From Zootoca vivipara (Eukaryota): a DNA stretch of 64,000 nucleotides. Location: positions 9,424,001 to 9,488,000 of the forward strand of contig NC_083282.1 of NCBI RefSeq assembly GCF_963506605.1. Reading direction: 5' to 3'. The position numbers and the translations under genes were made by a program. Position 1 is the stretch's first letter. Every line of letters starts with the position of its first letter. Positions 36,361 through 49,900 of the stretch are shown here, piece after piece. A model generated the notes under the pieces. It saw only the letters and a list, made by a program, of their open reading frames with translations, ran no database searches and was not told the origin of the DNA.

Positions 36361-36879
36361 ATTATTCACTCATTCCACATGCAGCCCAACTTTGAGGCGG
36401 ACTTGCGGCTTTCCTTTGATCCAATGCAAAGGGAAAATGAGCAGCACACCTGCATGTAAGAGGGCAATCCAACTACACTGAACTTTGATTCAGGTATTAT
36501 TATTATATTTATTATTATTATTTTATTGAATTTCTATATTGCCCTATACCTGGAGGTCTCAGGGCGGTTCACAGAAAAAAATACAAAAACCACTATACAG
36601 TGGGTTGGTCTCTACTTTTCTCCAAAACCACTTGGCCGATTGCGTTCAAATTTTGACACAACGTCCCAAGCGAATATGCGAGTGTCCATATACAGGTTGT
36701 GTAGATAGTTGTCACACCTATGCCAGGTAAAGCAGGTAAAACCCACTGTTCGGAATACAAAACTCACGACAGCCGGGGATGCTGGGAGCACAGGAGAGGC
36801 TGCAAAACAGCGCCCTCTAGCGACCACCCCAAAAATCATCATATATACAGCATGCATATTTATTACATTTGTAGTGCGC

Positions 36880-37860
36880 CCTCCATCCGAAGAGCGCCCC
36901 CTGCAGGCCACATGCCACTCTCCGCACTTGCCCCGTAAACTCCTGGTTTCTCTCTGGATGGCCTCCGCCGCGCATGTGCGTGCTCCCTGCCATGCGCAGT
37001 GAGCTTCGAGGCGCGAAGACGAGGAGTAGGGCAAAGGGGCGCGAGGGAAGGTGTCGGGAGGGCCCCTGTTGCGCATGCGCCCGCCGTGGGCGCACGCTTC
37101 CTGTCATGCGCAGCGAGCTCCGCGCCTCGCTTTGAGCGACAGGCGCGAGGAGGAGGGGAAACGGGCGCCTGGGAAGGAGTCAGGGAGGGTCCTTGCCGCG
37201 CATGCGCCCGCCAAGCGCAGTGAACGCCGCGCCTCGCTTTGAGCGAGAGGCGCGAAAGGGAAGCGGCGCCGAGGGCGATGGCTGCGCGGACGGCGTCCGC
37301 GTCGCGTCTCCCGGCGGCCGTGGGGGCTCTCGGTGCCGCCTTGCCCGGGCCCCGCGTCCCCCCGGAGGCCTTCCGCCTCGCCAAGCTCGGCCGGCCCCAT
37401 GCGGTGGGTTGAAGGCGCCCGGGTGGTGGCCTGTCTGAGGCCGGGCGGGATCCTCATGCGTTCATTTCGCGAAACACCCCCCCCCCCCAATAAAGCAGCA
37501 GGAACCTCGGAGCGGTTGGCAGGGGGGAAATGGGAGAAAGATTTAAAAACCCGAGACAAAGGCAACGCCTCGCAAAAAAATTGTTCCCCATGGCGTTTCC
37601 GAGCGCCTGGGGTCGTCCTTCCGTTACCTAGCAGGTGCCGAAGCGAGCGCGGCAGAAGGAAGGCGCCGGCCAGTTCTCAAGAGGCGGGGAGTTCCGCAGG
37701 GTGGGCGCCGCCGCGCTCCGTGGAGAAATACGTGGGGGAGGCGCGGGGGTTGTGTGATGCCTGTAGTCGGGTTGCTATTCCCCCGGTAGAAGGCGATCTC
37801 GTGGGCGAAGTGAACCCGAGTTCGTTGTTAAGAGCTTCCTTTGCGCCTTGAACTCGGACC
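36880..37860 (+). promoter_or_regulatory. TEDC1: CpG-island promoter of TEDC1 with NRF1 (GCGCATGCGC at 37071 and 37198) and E2F-like (GCGCGAAA, about 37250) motifs
   Basis: CpG-dense region spanning exon 1; motifs read directly from the sequence. Confidence 0.8.
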
Positions 37861-37928
37861 CCCCAGCAGATCGGCAATCAGTTCGGCATTAATAGAATTA
37901 AAACTTTATTTTTATTTTTTAAATATAC

Positions 37929-37987
<59 letters not shown>

Positions 37988-40900
37988 GCAGGTAACTTAA
38001 GCAAAAACCCTTTAAATATCAGTTCATGAAAAGGAGGAGGGCCCAGCCCGCATAAAATATGTCCCTTCCTCCTGTCTTTGGATCCGCATTCTGCAAGTCC
38101 ATAAGGGGAAAGCTCTGTTCCTTTCCTTTGTGGCTGAGCTAGATTTTTTTGGGGGGGGGGAGGCTTCCAGAGCTATTAAGGCTCATTGCTTCAGTCCTAA
38201 GCACATTTATAAGGGACTGAAGTCCCACTGAATTGGTCACAACTGCATAGTTTCTATAGCAGAGCTTTCCAAACTGTGTAGTGACACATTAGTGTGCTGG
38301 CGGCAGCGTGTAGGTGTGATGTGAACGCTCCCCACGCTCCTTCTGGGGCTGGAAAAGGGTTAGTGTTAGTTTAACAGGTCTGTAAAACTGAATTACTGTG
38401 TTGCAAAATGATGCATGTCTAAGAAGTGTGTCACCAACATGAAAAGTTTGGGAAGCTCTGTTCTAGAGCCATCTGCATTTGTCTTAGCCCAAATGTTGTG
38501 ATCCTTACATATGGTGGGGGGGGGAATTAACATTGGGGGAGATATGCAGCTCAGGCCTGTCTGGAGTGCTCCATTCTGTGGCCTGGATGTGTTCCATATC
38601 AGCTAAGGTTACTCTCATGAGAATTGCATTCTGTTGGTTTAATGTTTTATGACTGGTTGGCATCCTTGCTTCCCCCCTTTGAAAAAGGAAATCACCTAAA
38701 ATTGAATAACAGCACTGGGTGGTATTCAGCTTTACTTTTACTTAGAGCAGACCCATGGAAATGAATGAATAAGTTAACGCCATTGCTTTCAGTGGGTTTC
38801 AAACTTAAGTTGAATACCACCCACTGGTATTCTCTGCTCCCCTCTGAACCATCAGAGGGAACCTTGTGTGTGTGTGTGTTTGTGTTTGCGGAAGGGGGAT
38901 TAGTGGATTCCTTTCACCCAATTGAATTGCATTGTAAACAATGTGCATGCACACGAAAGCTCATACCAATGACAAACTTAGTTGGTCTCTAAGGTGCTAC
39001 TGGAAGGAATTTTTTTATTTTGTTTCAAATACAGCAAATGTTTTAGTGCTGTTGTCTTCCTTAAACAGACTGTAGTATTCTGGAAACTACTGTACTCCCT
39101 TCTGAAGCAATTCCAAGGTGGAGGATGGATGGAGTCTACTGACACAGGTAGCAGATTACTATTAATCTGGGAACATACGTTATTAATTTTTTGGCAAAAA
39201 ATAGTAATAAGTATATGCATAATACAGAGCTTTTTATTTGTTTAATAGATACTTCCATTAAAAAAACAACAAAGTAGAACAACCACATTAGGAAAGAGCC
39301 ACAATTAGTAAAACCGAAGAGTAAAAATATCTAATACTGTAGCTATAACCAAGTCTGCAATCGCCTCAGCTGTTGCATTGTCTTGGGAAATTAAAGGCTT
39401 CTGGCCTGGCACCAAAAGGGCATTCACATGATCAAGAGAACCTCCCTCGGGGAGAGTGTTCCATGTTTTGAAAGCAATCTAAGTCATCCAGTGAACTTGC
39501 TGTAGGAAGTTGGAGGGGAAGGTTGCATTGCTGCTATTTGCATAGCCCACTTGCAGTGTGAATTTATTCTGGAGCTTTGTGACGACTGCTGCCTTATCTG
39601 CCTTCCCTGAATAGGGAAGCTTTTTAATCCGCAATTTTTTTTTATAATGTTTTTATGTATGTTGGAAGGCGCCCAGAGTGGCTGGGGCAACCCAATTATT
39701 AAATGGGCAGGGTACTACTATTAATAATCACCATCACCTGCTTCCTAGGTACCCAAGTCAGATTCGTCAGGAGTGTGGCATTGAACCTTGGCTACAGAAG
39801 ACCAGAATTTTATCAGCTCCCCCCTGATGGTTCAGAGGGAAGCAGAGAACTACTATTGGTATTTTCCTGGCTTCTATGCAGAATCAGCTTAATGGAGCAG
39901 TTACTGACCCTAAACAGAGTGAAACTTTGGGATGAAGCAACTGTTTGCATGGTGAGTAATTTTTTTGTTACTAATTTTCAGGTATCTTTTTTTTACCAGA
40001 AACAAGATACAGTATTGGAGGGCAGGGCTGGACTTGAATGTGTACAGTATTGCGGTTTTGTTGGCTGTTGCTTGTTTGGTGAAAATGGCAGTGCTGGTTT
40101 AAGAATAGGCTCTTATACAATGAATGTGGTTCCCAATGCATTTTGAGTAATATCTTTAATTCCTGGTTTCAGGAATAATCTGATGTATACCTTGTTGGAT
40201 AGATTACATTTTAGTCTGCTTACGTGAACTGGATTACAAAAGTGGTCTTGATCCATTTTTAGCAAGAAGCATTTAGTATCAAAGCTTTCCTGAAATACAT
40301 CAGTAAACATATTAGTTGTGCACCGCAGTTGTTCTTTTCATTGTTGCATTTTCTGCAACTGTTGTCAATCTTCTCTTTGCATGCAATGTTGGTCCAGTAG
40401 CTCCTTCTGTGATTTTGGGGTCACGTAGTGGAGGAGCTGACAGGTATGTGTTTGTGCTCTGTCTTACTTCTGTACTTTATCAAGCTTCGGGTTATTGGTA
40501 GGATAGATTTGCCAACAGACTGTGAGAGTAATGTTAAAGGAAACAGTTGTATTTATTGTGAACTGATACTAGATAAGTTAACTTCTGCAAAAATCTATTT
40601 TTGTTAATAATTAGTATCCAAGTATTTTTTAGAAACTTTATTCAGGACTGTGCCACTTAAAAATAAAACCAACAGTAAAATAGAAGCAGTCTAAAACATT
40701 ACTGTACAGAAGAAACATATTTAATTTCAATGTCTACTTGGACTTTGTGGGAACTGGGGCCAGGCACATTTCCATTTGCCATGGGGAAGCAGGTCTGAAG
40801 AGGGGAGGCCGTGGACCAGATCCAGAGGTTTGGGGGCCAGAGGTTCCCCACCCTTGTTTTAGAGGAAGCCCTCATGAGGCAGTTTACATGGGGGGGGGGG

Positions 40901-43900
40901 AACCATAAAACTGCAAAAATTAGACACCAGAGACCAAAGCTGGAGCTTGTTGTATAGTAATGCCTGATTTTAAATATGCTACTGCATAATATATCTCTTG
41001 GTCGCCTGCAAAATGGATTTGTTGAACTTTGCACCTTGTTCCACAACCCACTTCTGCAAGTGCTACTTAAATTGCCGATAGGTGGCAGCACAGTTATAGT
41101 GGAAAGTCTTTTCTATAGGAAAATTGTTCCACTGAGCAATGTTTTACACTTGCAGCAATGCAGAGGCATCTTGCGCTTGCTTTTTCTTGTAGAACACAGT
41201 TTCCCAGCTTGCTGCTTATGTTAAAAATGATCAAAATATAAATATTTGATGCTCCCTAAGATAGTGTAATTGTGCCACAAGTATGACTCCAATGGGGCTC
41301 TTTGAGAGTTTGCAGCATCATACAGCATCTACAGGCAATGTGTTCTGCAACATACAATAGGGTTTGGGGTAGCTAAGAGAACAAGGGCACAGGTCCTTCC
41401 TCAGTTTTACTGGCTCATTGCACCCTCAAGAACTCAGAATGATTTTTAAAAGGTTTGCAAAAGATTTATTAGCTTTTGTGCCAGCCTTGTTCATGTGATC
41501 ACTGTGCTGGTGGGCGATTCAGCTGGCTTTTTTCCCCTGCTCCTTGTCTCCCTGTTTAGGGAGGCTTTTAATGTTTAATTGTTTTATTTCATTTTTCTGT
41601 TGTAAGCCGCCCAGAGTGGCTGGGGAAACCCAGCCAGATGGGCGGGGTATAAATAATAAATTATTGTTATTATTATCTCCCATCTCTGCCTGAGTCCAAT
41701 AACTTAGTTGTCCTGGTTGTGGACTTTATGGGGAGGACATTCATATTCCCCGCTTCTTTCAATGGATTCAAAATGCACCCTAGCAAAATGGTGGCTGTGA
41801 GAATTGCTTTGCTTTGTTGCAATCACTATTCTCTGCCTTTTCTTTTGAGTGAGGTTTAGAAAGTTTTCTGCATCTCCTGAATCTTTTGTTTTTTTATTTA
41901 TTGAAAACATTTTACTGCACTCTTGAGCAGAAAAAGGCTCCCACTTTCAATGATCAAGAATAATAATTCATTTTCATTTCATTGGCTTGTTTCTTATATC
42001 CTGATTGTCTTTCCTGAGGGAAGCCTAAAGTGGCTCACAGAAAACAGCAACTTGATTAACACAAAATATCAGAAAGAAAGCCAGTATAGCAGAAAAACGT
42101 ATTTGCAAATATAAAACATTATCCAAGTCGTGTGAAAGCATGAACTTACTTTCAATAAATCTATTAAATCCATAAGAATTAATTCAGCATCTGTGCACAA
42201 TGATGGGAGCTGCCTTGCATTCCCGGGGCTGCCTCGACCGCCTTAGCACAAGCAGGCAGGCTCTGGAGGAGGTAGCAGATTTGCCCTGTGCCTCATGGGG
42301 CCGGGGCTCCTCCCCTGGGCGCCGGGTGCTAGAGGAGGCGGTGCCTTTGCCCACCCAGCCTCGACAGAAAGAGGCAGAAGCTGTGCATGGTGATGCTAAT
42401 CGTCTCCATGGCTGTGTGCATGCATGGTGGGGGGCCACACCAACTGCTGGTTTGCAGCCCCCCCCCCCCCCGAAGAGTTGCAGTGGCAGACTGTGGCTCT
42501 TTGATTCCAAAAGCTTAGCCATTCCTAGTCTAAAGATAAATGTATTGGGGAAAAGTTTTTTTTTCCAAGATTTTGTTCCTTCCAATTTTAGTGTGATACC
42601 CCTTTGAAAAGCCTGCAGGATGGAGAAAGCCTGGCTCCAAAATCTCATATGAAAGGCCAAAGGGATGTCCGATACCTGCAGTGGTTAAATGGCCGTCTGC
42701 AGTTCCAGTGGCGAAAATACCACTCAGAACAGCAAGAACAATGCAAGCTCCTGAATAAGGTAATGATTTGGCTTGTAGATATTTTATCTTTCTACATTAA
42801 GGTTGTAAGTAAAACTAGTTTTGGGTTACAGGTAGATAGCCGTGTTGGTCTGAGTCGAAGCAAAATAGAAAAAAAATCCTTCAGTAGCACCTTAAAGACC
42901 AACTAAGTTTTTATTTTGGTATGAGCTCTGAAGTAGTGTGTATGCACACGAAAGCTCATACCAAAATAAAAACTTAGTTGGTCTTTAAGGTGCTACTGAA
43001 GGAATTTTTTTCTAGTTTTGGGTTGTAGATGTAACCCATCTAACATTATTTTGCTGTAGACTACACTTCACAGAAAAAAAAATAACAGCAAGCTGCTTTA
43101 TTCAAATCCTGAGAATTTTTCTTTCTTTCTAATTTTAAAGATTGTGGAGAATAAAACAGAATGAAAATTTATTCATAGTTTTCTTTAGAAATTGCCATGC
43201 GTGCTCATAATCTGTTAGCCTCAAGTGTACCAACAGTATTAATGTATTGATTACCTGATAGGTGATGAGTACATGTATACAGATAGATATAATTTCTAAA
43301 CCCACATCCCTCTGTTCCAGGTACATTCATACACAATTGGTTCTCATACTGATCCCATTATTGGCCATTTCTCCATCACAGAAGCAGATGTTGTAAGGCA
43401 ACCAGAGAATTACAAACAGGTAATCCTCCTTTTGTGGCATCGTGAGCTATGTTAGAAACTATGGAGAATTCTGTAAATCAATATGTATGCCAGAATTGGA
43501 GGACTAGATTTTCAGTCCTCAAGCCATAATGGAAGACTTCCTAGCTCCGTGATTCCCCAAGCGGACTGGCTGGTCTCTTGATGTGCTGGGTGCCTAGATG
43601 CAAGTTGATGCCATTGGACTGTGCCAGCACCTTGAGGCCTTCACAAGAGAATTGTTACAAGCGCTTGTAATCCACCCTTCACTCAGAGACACCACGGAGA
43701 GAATCTTCCCATAGACACACACACTGTGGACCTCACTTGACGGGAACATGGAGAGCCAGTGTGTGCGTTGTGTAGGTTGCATGCCTTCCAAAGAGCATGG
43801 CACTCTCTCACATATACCTAGATTCATAGGAAATTTCGTTCTCTATAGCAGTGCTCCCCAACCTTTTTATCGCCGCGGACCAGTCGACGTTTGATAATTT

Positions 43901-46900
43901 TACCGCGGCCCGCTGAGGGGGGGGGAACGTTGATTGTTTATATTTTATTTAGATTGTTTTGATTTAATAATTTTAATTTAATTGTATTTAAATGTTCCTT
44001 GGGCGGCCCGGTACCAATTGATCCACGGACCGGGACCGGTCCGTGGCCCGGGGGTTGAAGACCACTGCTCTATAGTATGCACACTTTAAAAAGGTCAGAT
44101 TCCAGCCTCTAATTTCCTTGGGCTCCTCCCCTTCATGCTAATAGATTCCAGTATCTTCTTCCATAGAATCCTTCTGGTCCTCAGCTAGCTAGGATCTACA
44201 TCTGTTTTGCTTCTAATTGGTGGTACCGTGTTTCTCCTAAAATAAGACACGTCTTATATTTATTTTTCCTCCCAAAAAACACAGCACGGCTTATTTTCAG
44301 GGGATGTCTTTTTTTTTTTTTTTTTTTGCTGTCTTTGCGGAGGGGGGAGAGACTCACAAGAGCAATAACTTTGGGCGCAACAAGGGCACCGCGAGTCATT
44401 TTTCTCTTAGCCAGCACTGTCTGTTCTGCTCTGCTGAGGATGACACAGGGCTCTTTCTCGGCGCTCGTAAGCAATGCCCAAAGAAACGCGGCGGCTGTAA
44501 GAAACCCGCTCTCCCTTTGCACAGAAAGGAGTATGGAAAGGTGGCGACAGCAGCTGCCTCTTCCGCAGTACACCTCCATACATCCCCTCTTGCTCCAAAC
44601 AGCGAAAGGGTTCTCCCCACACATCTCTCCCCTTCCCACCCGCTGCCCTCGCTTTGTGCACAGCGAGCCGAGCTGTCTGTTCTTTTCCCCTAAGGTCTCG
44701 CGCCGCCGGCAGGCAACAGCCCTCAGCTCTCGCGCGCAGCACACGGGGCTGACTGATAGGGCGCCAGGAGGCAGGCAGCGATTGTCCATTCGCAGCTAAT
44801 GTTCTCCGCCGGCACTTGGGCTGGAAAATGCGCGAAAGCTACACTCACGCCCCGCCCGGTGCCTACTCACGCTGTGAAATCCGATCCAAGTCCAAGCGGC
44901 TGCACGGTCCCCGTGGCAAGAGGCGGCTGCACGGGAGCCGCTTCGGGGAGCACAGCGCAGCGCGAAGAGCCTGGTGAGAGGCAGCTGCGGCTGCAGGTGA
45001 AGCCCGGGATCTGCGTGGGCGACTGGGGGTGAACGCCCTGAACGCTGCGGCGGTGGCGAAGAGGCGCCCGATCAGCCCGCTTCTCAGCTGATCGGGCGCC
45101 TCTTCGCTACCGCCGCAGCGCTCAGGGCGCTCGCCCCCAGTCGCCCACGCAGATCCCGGGCTTCACCTGCAGCCAAGCGGCTCCCACCCCGGCTTATTTT
45201 CAGGGGATGTCTTATATTTATTCTACTAACGAAAAGCCTGACATGGCTTATTTTTGAGGACCGTCTTATTTTAGGAGAAACACGGTATTAAGTGTTTGTT
45301 GGCATTTACTTTCCTTTATCTTTGTCCCTATACCTGTCGCCCCAAGTTTTTAAGTCCTTTTTTTTGCTGATTGTATCAGTCTACTCAGAACTTGGTACCA
45401 GGGTTTTGTTACATTTTGGACTTCATAGCTTAATTTTTACTGCTCTTTGGACACAAAACAAGGAAAACGAAAACACCAGTGAGTGCTGTCTACTACCTGA
45501 GGGTGGCTCTACGTTAGCTTGGCAGTAGAGAAATATCCAAGTGTTTGGTGCTAAGGAGAGGGGGGGAAACATTTAAATAATTAACATACAGACATGTTTT
45601 TAAGAATCATCCAGCTAAAGCCTATGTAGCCTTTGCATATTCAAACCATGCCACTCTGGCATAAGTTACTTGGTTTATTTAAAGGATTTTGCTTCAACTT
45701 TCATCTTACAAAGACCAGAGGAAAAGGCAACCTCTGCCCTCCGGCTTACAATCTAAAAGGAAAGGGGATGAGGATGGAGTATGTAAAAAGCAAAGTCAGG
45801 CAGCAGTTCTTAGTTACAAGGTTCAGCAGGCCGTGCAGCACAGTGGGAGAACTGCTGCTTCCTCTCCTAGGAGCCTCAGTGGTGGCAGTCGGTAGCTGGA
45901 GGGAGCAGGGATCTCACCTGAAACCTGGCGGCAGCTGCTACTGCTTTTCCTCTTCAGTGTCAGCATAAAGGTAAAGGTACCCCTGACCGTTAGGTCCAGT
46001 CGCAGACGCCTCTGGGGTTGCGGCACTCATCTCGCTCTATAGGCCAAGGGAGCTGGCATTTGTCTGCAGATAGCTTCCGGGTCATGTGGCGAGCATGACT
46101 AAGCCGCTTCTGGCGAACCAGAGCAGTGCACGGAAACGCCATTTACCTTCCCACTATTTATCTACCTGCACTTTGACGTACTTCCGAACTGCTAGGTTGG
46201 CAGGAGCAGGGACCAAACAATGGGAGCTCACCCCGTCGCGGGGATTCAAACCGCCGACCTTCTGATCGGCAAGCTCTAGGCTCAGTGGTTTACACCACAG
46301 CGTTAGCATAGCTTGGCATAGTAGGGAGACGGACCTTTCTCAAAACTGTATCACATTTCGGTTAAAGTTTTGTTGAATAATTATGCCACAATGGAATGAA
46401 AAAGCCAGCGTATTAGTATATCTTACTGCAAACAGCCACTTTGGTGGAGGAGGAGGATACAGATTACTTTGTGTTCTAGCTTCCCCTCAAAGGATAGATC
46501 TATTCAGTGTGTGTGTGTCTGCAACTAGCCATCCTAAAAGTGTTAGCCTGCTTTTAGTGAAGCAAATAATTCATTTTCACTGAGAACTATCATAAAGTGA
46601 GCAATCTGGTTCTGACAGATAATGTGTAATATTTTATTTTATTTTTTGAAAAGGAATGACAGGACATTTCCAATTAAAATACAGTTATTTCACCAGCTGT
46701 CAGACTTCAGCACCTGCTTTTAAATGTAAAGAAATTGCCTTTCTGGGTTTATCTTCAGCATAGTTTTATCTGTGGATATTTCCAGTCACTATTTTTGTAT
46801 TTAATTTAAAACTATCATCCAACCATATTCCAGAGGCTCAGAATGACTTGCAACACTTTTAGTTCAAACAGATTTGTATACCAGTAATATATCAGAATGA

Positions 46901-49900
46901 TGGTCACATCTTGAAATAACAAGTAATCTGGGTTGCCAATCTGAGATGGTTCCAGGTAATCAGCTACTACCGGTATGTAGGGATAGATCATAGATGTGCA
47001 AGCAGTTTGCCCTGAAATGCAAGTTCTCCTTCTCTGCCATGTAGTTTGCGTGATTACTGAAGGCGGCCCGCCCCCTTTGCTTCCCTTCATGGTGCTCCCT
47101 GGCAGATCACTGCTGCCTCTCCTCTTCTGTTTGCTCTTCTTTAGTCCCACGACCTGTCACTGGTCCTTTTCTTACCTGCTTCAGATTTGCAAGGCAGTCA
47201 CAATGGACAAAAATGCAAGCCTGAGCCAGGCGTGTCCTCAGGGAAGATGAATGTGCTTCATGCTTGACCTCTTGACAGGGTAGATGGCAGTTTCCTGGGA
47301 TTGCCGTTCAGTAGGTAATGAGACAAATGGGAAAACTGTCTGGCTTGCTGAGCAAATGATGAACATTGTGGTGACACTTTTGCCAGGTGGCCAGCTGCAA
47401 TATGCATTCATTCTCCTGAGATCACCGTGTGCAGATCATCCCATTCTGATGGTACTGTATTACATTATTTTGTAATGTAACACAATTATTGTGCGGTAGA
47501 AATATTTGTATTAAGCTCCTCTAGTGGTTCACAATTAAGATAACAAAACAACAACAAATATATAATACGAGCTGAAAGCAACACTGCAGCAATCAAAACA
47601 AACAAGGCTGAGCCGTTGTTAATTCTCAAAGGCCAACGGAAGCAACAACATTTTTACTTGTCTGCAAAAAACAGGCTGTTCCCTGCAAATGAAATTCCAT
47701 TTATTTAAAGCATTTTTCCATCCTCTTCAAACTAAAAAAAAAGCCCCCCCCCCCGAGATACCATCTCTCCCCTCTGGCTCAGAGACTTAAACAAAAAAAG
47801 ACTCAGAAGGGAATGGGATTGGAGGGAAAGGGACAGGCAAAGAAAAGTCAGGTGCTGGGACCAGGGAAGGGCTAAAGGGATTCTATGTGCTTTCAAGAAA
47901 TAGCCTGTCATCCTGAGCTTCCTTGAAGCGACTGTAGTGCAGGGTGTGGCCTTGCTTGAATCTGCCGGTGATCTCATTGCACAGGCTGCAGCAGTAAAGG
48001 TTCAGGGGAGTCCAAGTGACACACCCACATGCCAGGGCAGAGGGTCCTGCTCTTCTTCCTCACAGAGCCATTGGTTCCAGTTGCCTCCGGGAGGGGAAAG
48101 GCTCAGTCCACCAAAATGGACTGGCCTGTAGAGAAAGTGTTGTCCTTGCTTTTCCCATCGCCCCTGCTAAGAATCTTTGGCAGGGCCTCATCTGCTACTG
48201 CCCCAGGTTTGGTAGCCACTGAGACACCTGCATAAGCAGGCTGGAATATATCTCCAACCCTGCCCAGCCCCGGCATGCTACCTATGGGGATTCCTCCGCC
48301 ACCGGCAGAATATGGAATCATCCTGGCTACAAGAGACAATGCTGTAATTTCTCTACTGGTAAATACAGATGATAGATAGATAGCACTGCTGAGATACCAA
48401 GGAATCCATTAAATCTCCCCTTCACATTAGAACAAGTGTGATATTTGAGATCCAGAGTACCTGAAGCTCTGCTTGTGGATGTGAATGCATCTGAGGTCCC
48501 CTGCAACATATTTCTTCAGGTATTATTTTTTTAGCTAGGCAATTAGTGCCCCACTGGGAAGCCCTGGCAGCGTTCCAGTAATGTTTAATAATGTTCAAGC
48601 TGGTCATTTCTACTTTGCGGCATTATTACCTTGAGCTAAAATTTTCCCTTGGCCGTAATCTGTCACCTATATGCGCCCTCAGCTGAAAATTTTCCACACC
48701 AGAAAGAGAATTAATAGAGCTGCAGTGCTATAGTTGCTGTCACCGTTTTAAAGGGAAGCTTCAGAAAAGAGTCATTGCTTGCCACATTTTATTGGCCAAG
48801 CACGTGGAGTTATTGCTTCTTGAAAAATGATACTCTGACTTATCAAGGCCTTTATAAATTACTGGACTGTGTAGCAAACATACTTTTTTCCGATGGTTGC
48901 TGTTTATGGTGCCCCCCCCCCCAAAAATATGGAAGTCTGTGGCCACCCTTTCCAGAGATTTAACCTGTCCTGGGACCTGATGGTTAAGGGCAGGTACTAA
49001 ATTGAACTCATTATAATAGGCTCCACTCTGAGAACATTTTGATGGACATGAAAAGGTGTTTCTGTGCAAAATTTTCTGTCATTTATATTCATTCCTTAGG
49101 AGAACTGGAAAAGCAATATACAATATTGACAAACTTGAGTGATCGTTCAAACAAATTAGGAAGGATGTGTGGTCTTCCCCTCTATACCTGTTGTGTTTCC
49201 TAATCATTAGTTTGTTCAGTTTTCTCATCCTGGTCCCAATCCCTGGACTTGGTGCAGATTTCTTTTAGTCTTGCTACAGAATTTTTTCTTAATAGATTCA
49301 GCAGCATTCTAATGAATGCATTAAAGCCAAAAATAATCAGATTCTGAATGATCTGTGAGGCACACTAGCAAAACCATTCAAGTCCATGGCTGACATCTGT
49401 GGAGAGTCAAATGAGGGAGAAACAAACTGCAGCCGGGCACTGGAGGCAGCGGGACTCAGGAGTGACAGCAATATCGCCAGCGATATACTTCTGAGTAAAA
49501 CCACCATCATGGTCTGCCTCTCATACCGGCAGAGGGAAAAACAATTGGCGAGGCACTGGTACAGCTTGTTCCTCCCACTGATGCCCCAGGTCCCTCTGGC
49601 TTGCATGAGAGCAGGAGGGGCATGGGGATTGCTCAGCTGAGGGGCGAGAGCCTTCTCGCGCCCTATCTGGCCTTCTTGCTTGCGAGGAGGCAAACACACA
49701 GCCAGCTAGGCACAGGGAGCCTCTCCCATCTGCCTGGCTAGCTGCTTGTTTGGGAGCAAGCGGGATGGGCTGCTGGTCTTTTTCCTCCAGAGCGATCCAC
49801 CGGGAGGAAAGAGATTGGATTGCACCTCCCAGCTGAACAGTCTTGATGCTTCTCCGGCTTGTGTGCAAGCCGGAGAAGGATGGGGCTGCTCAGCTGGAAA

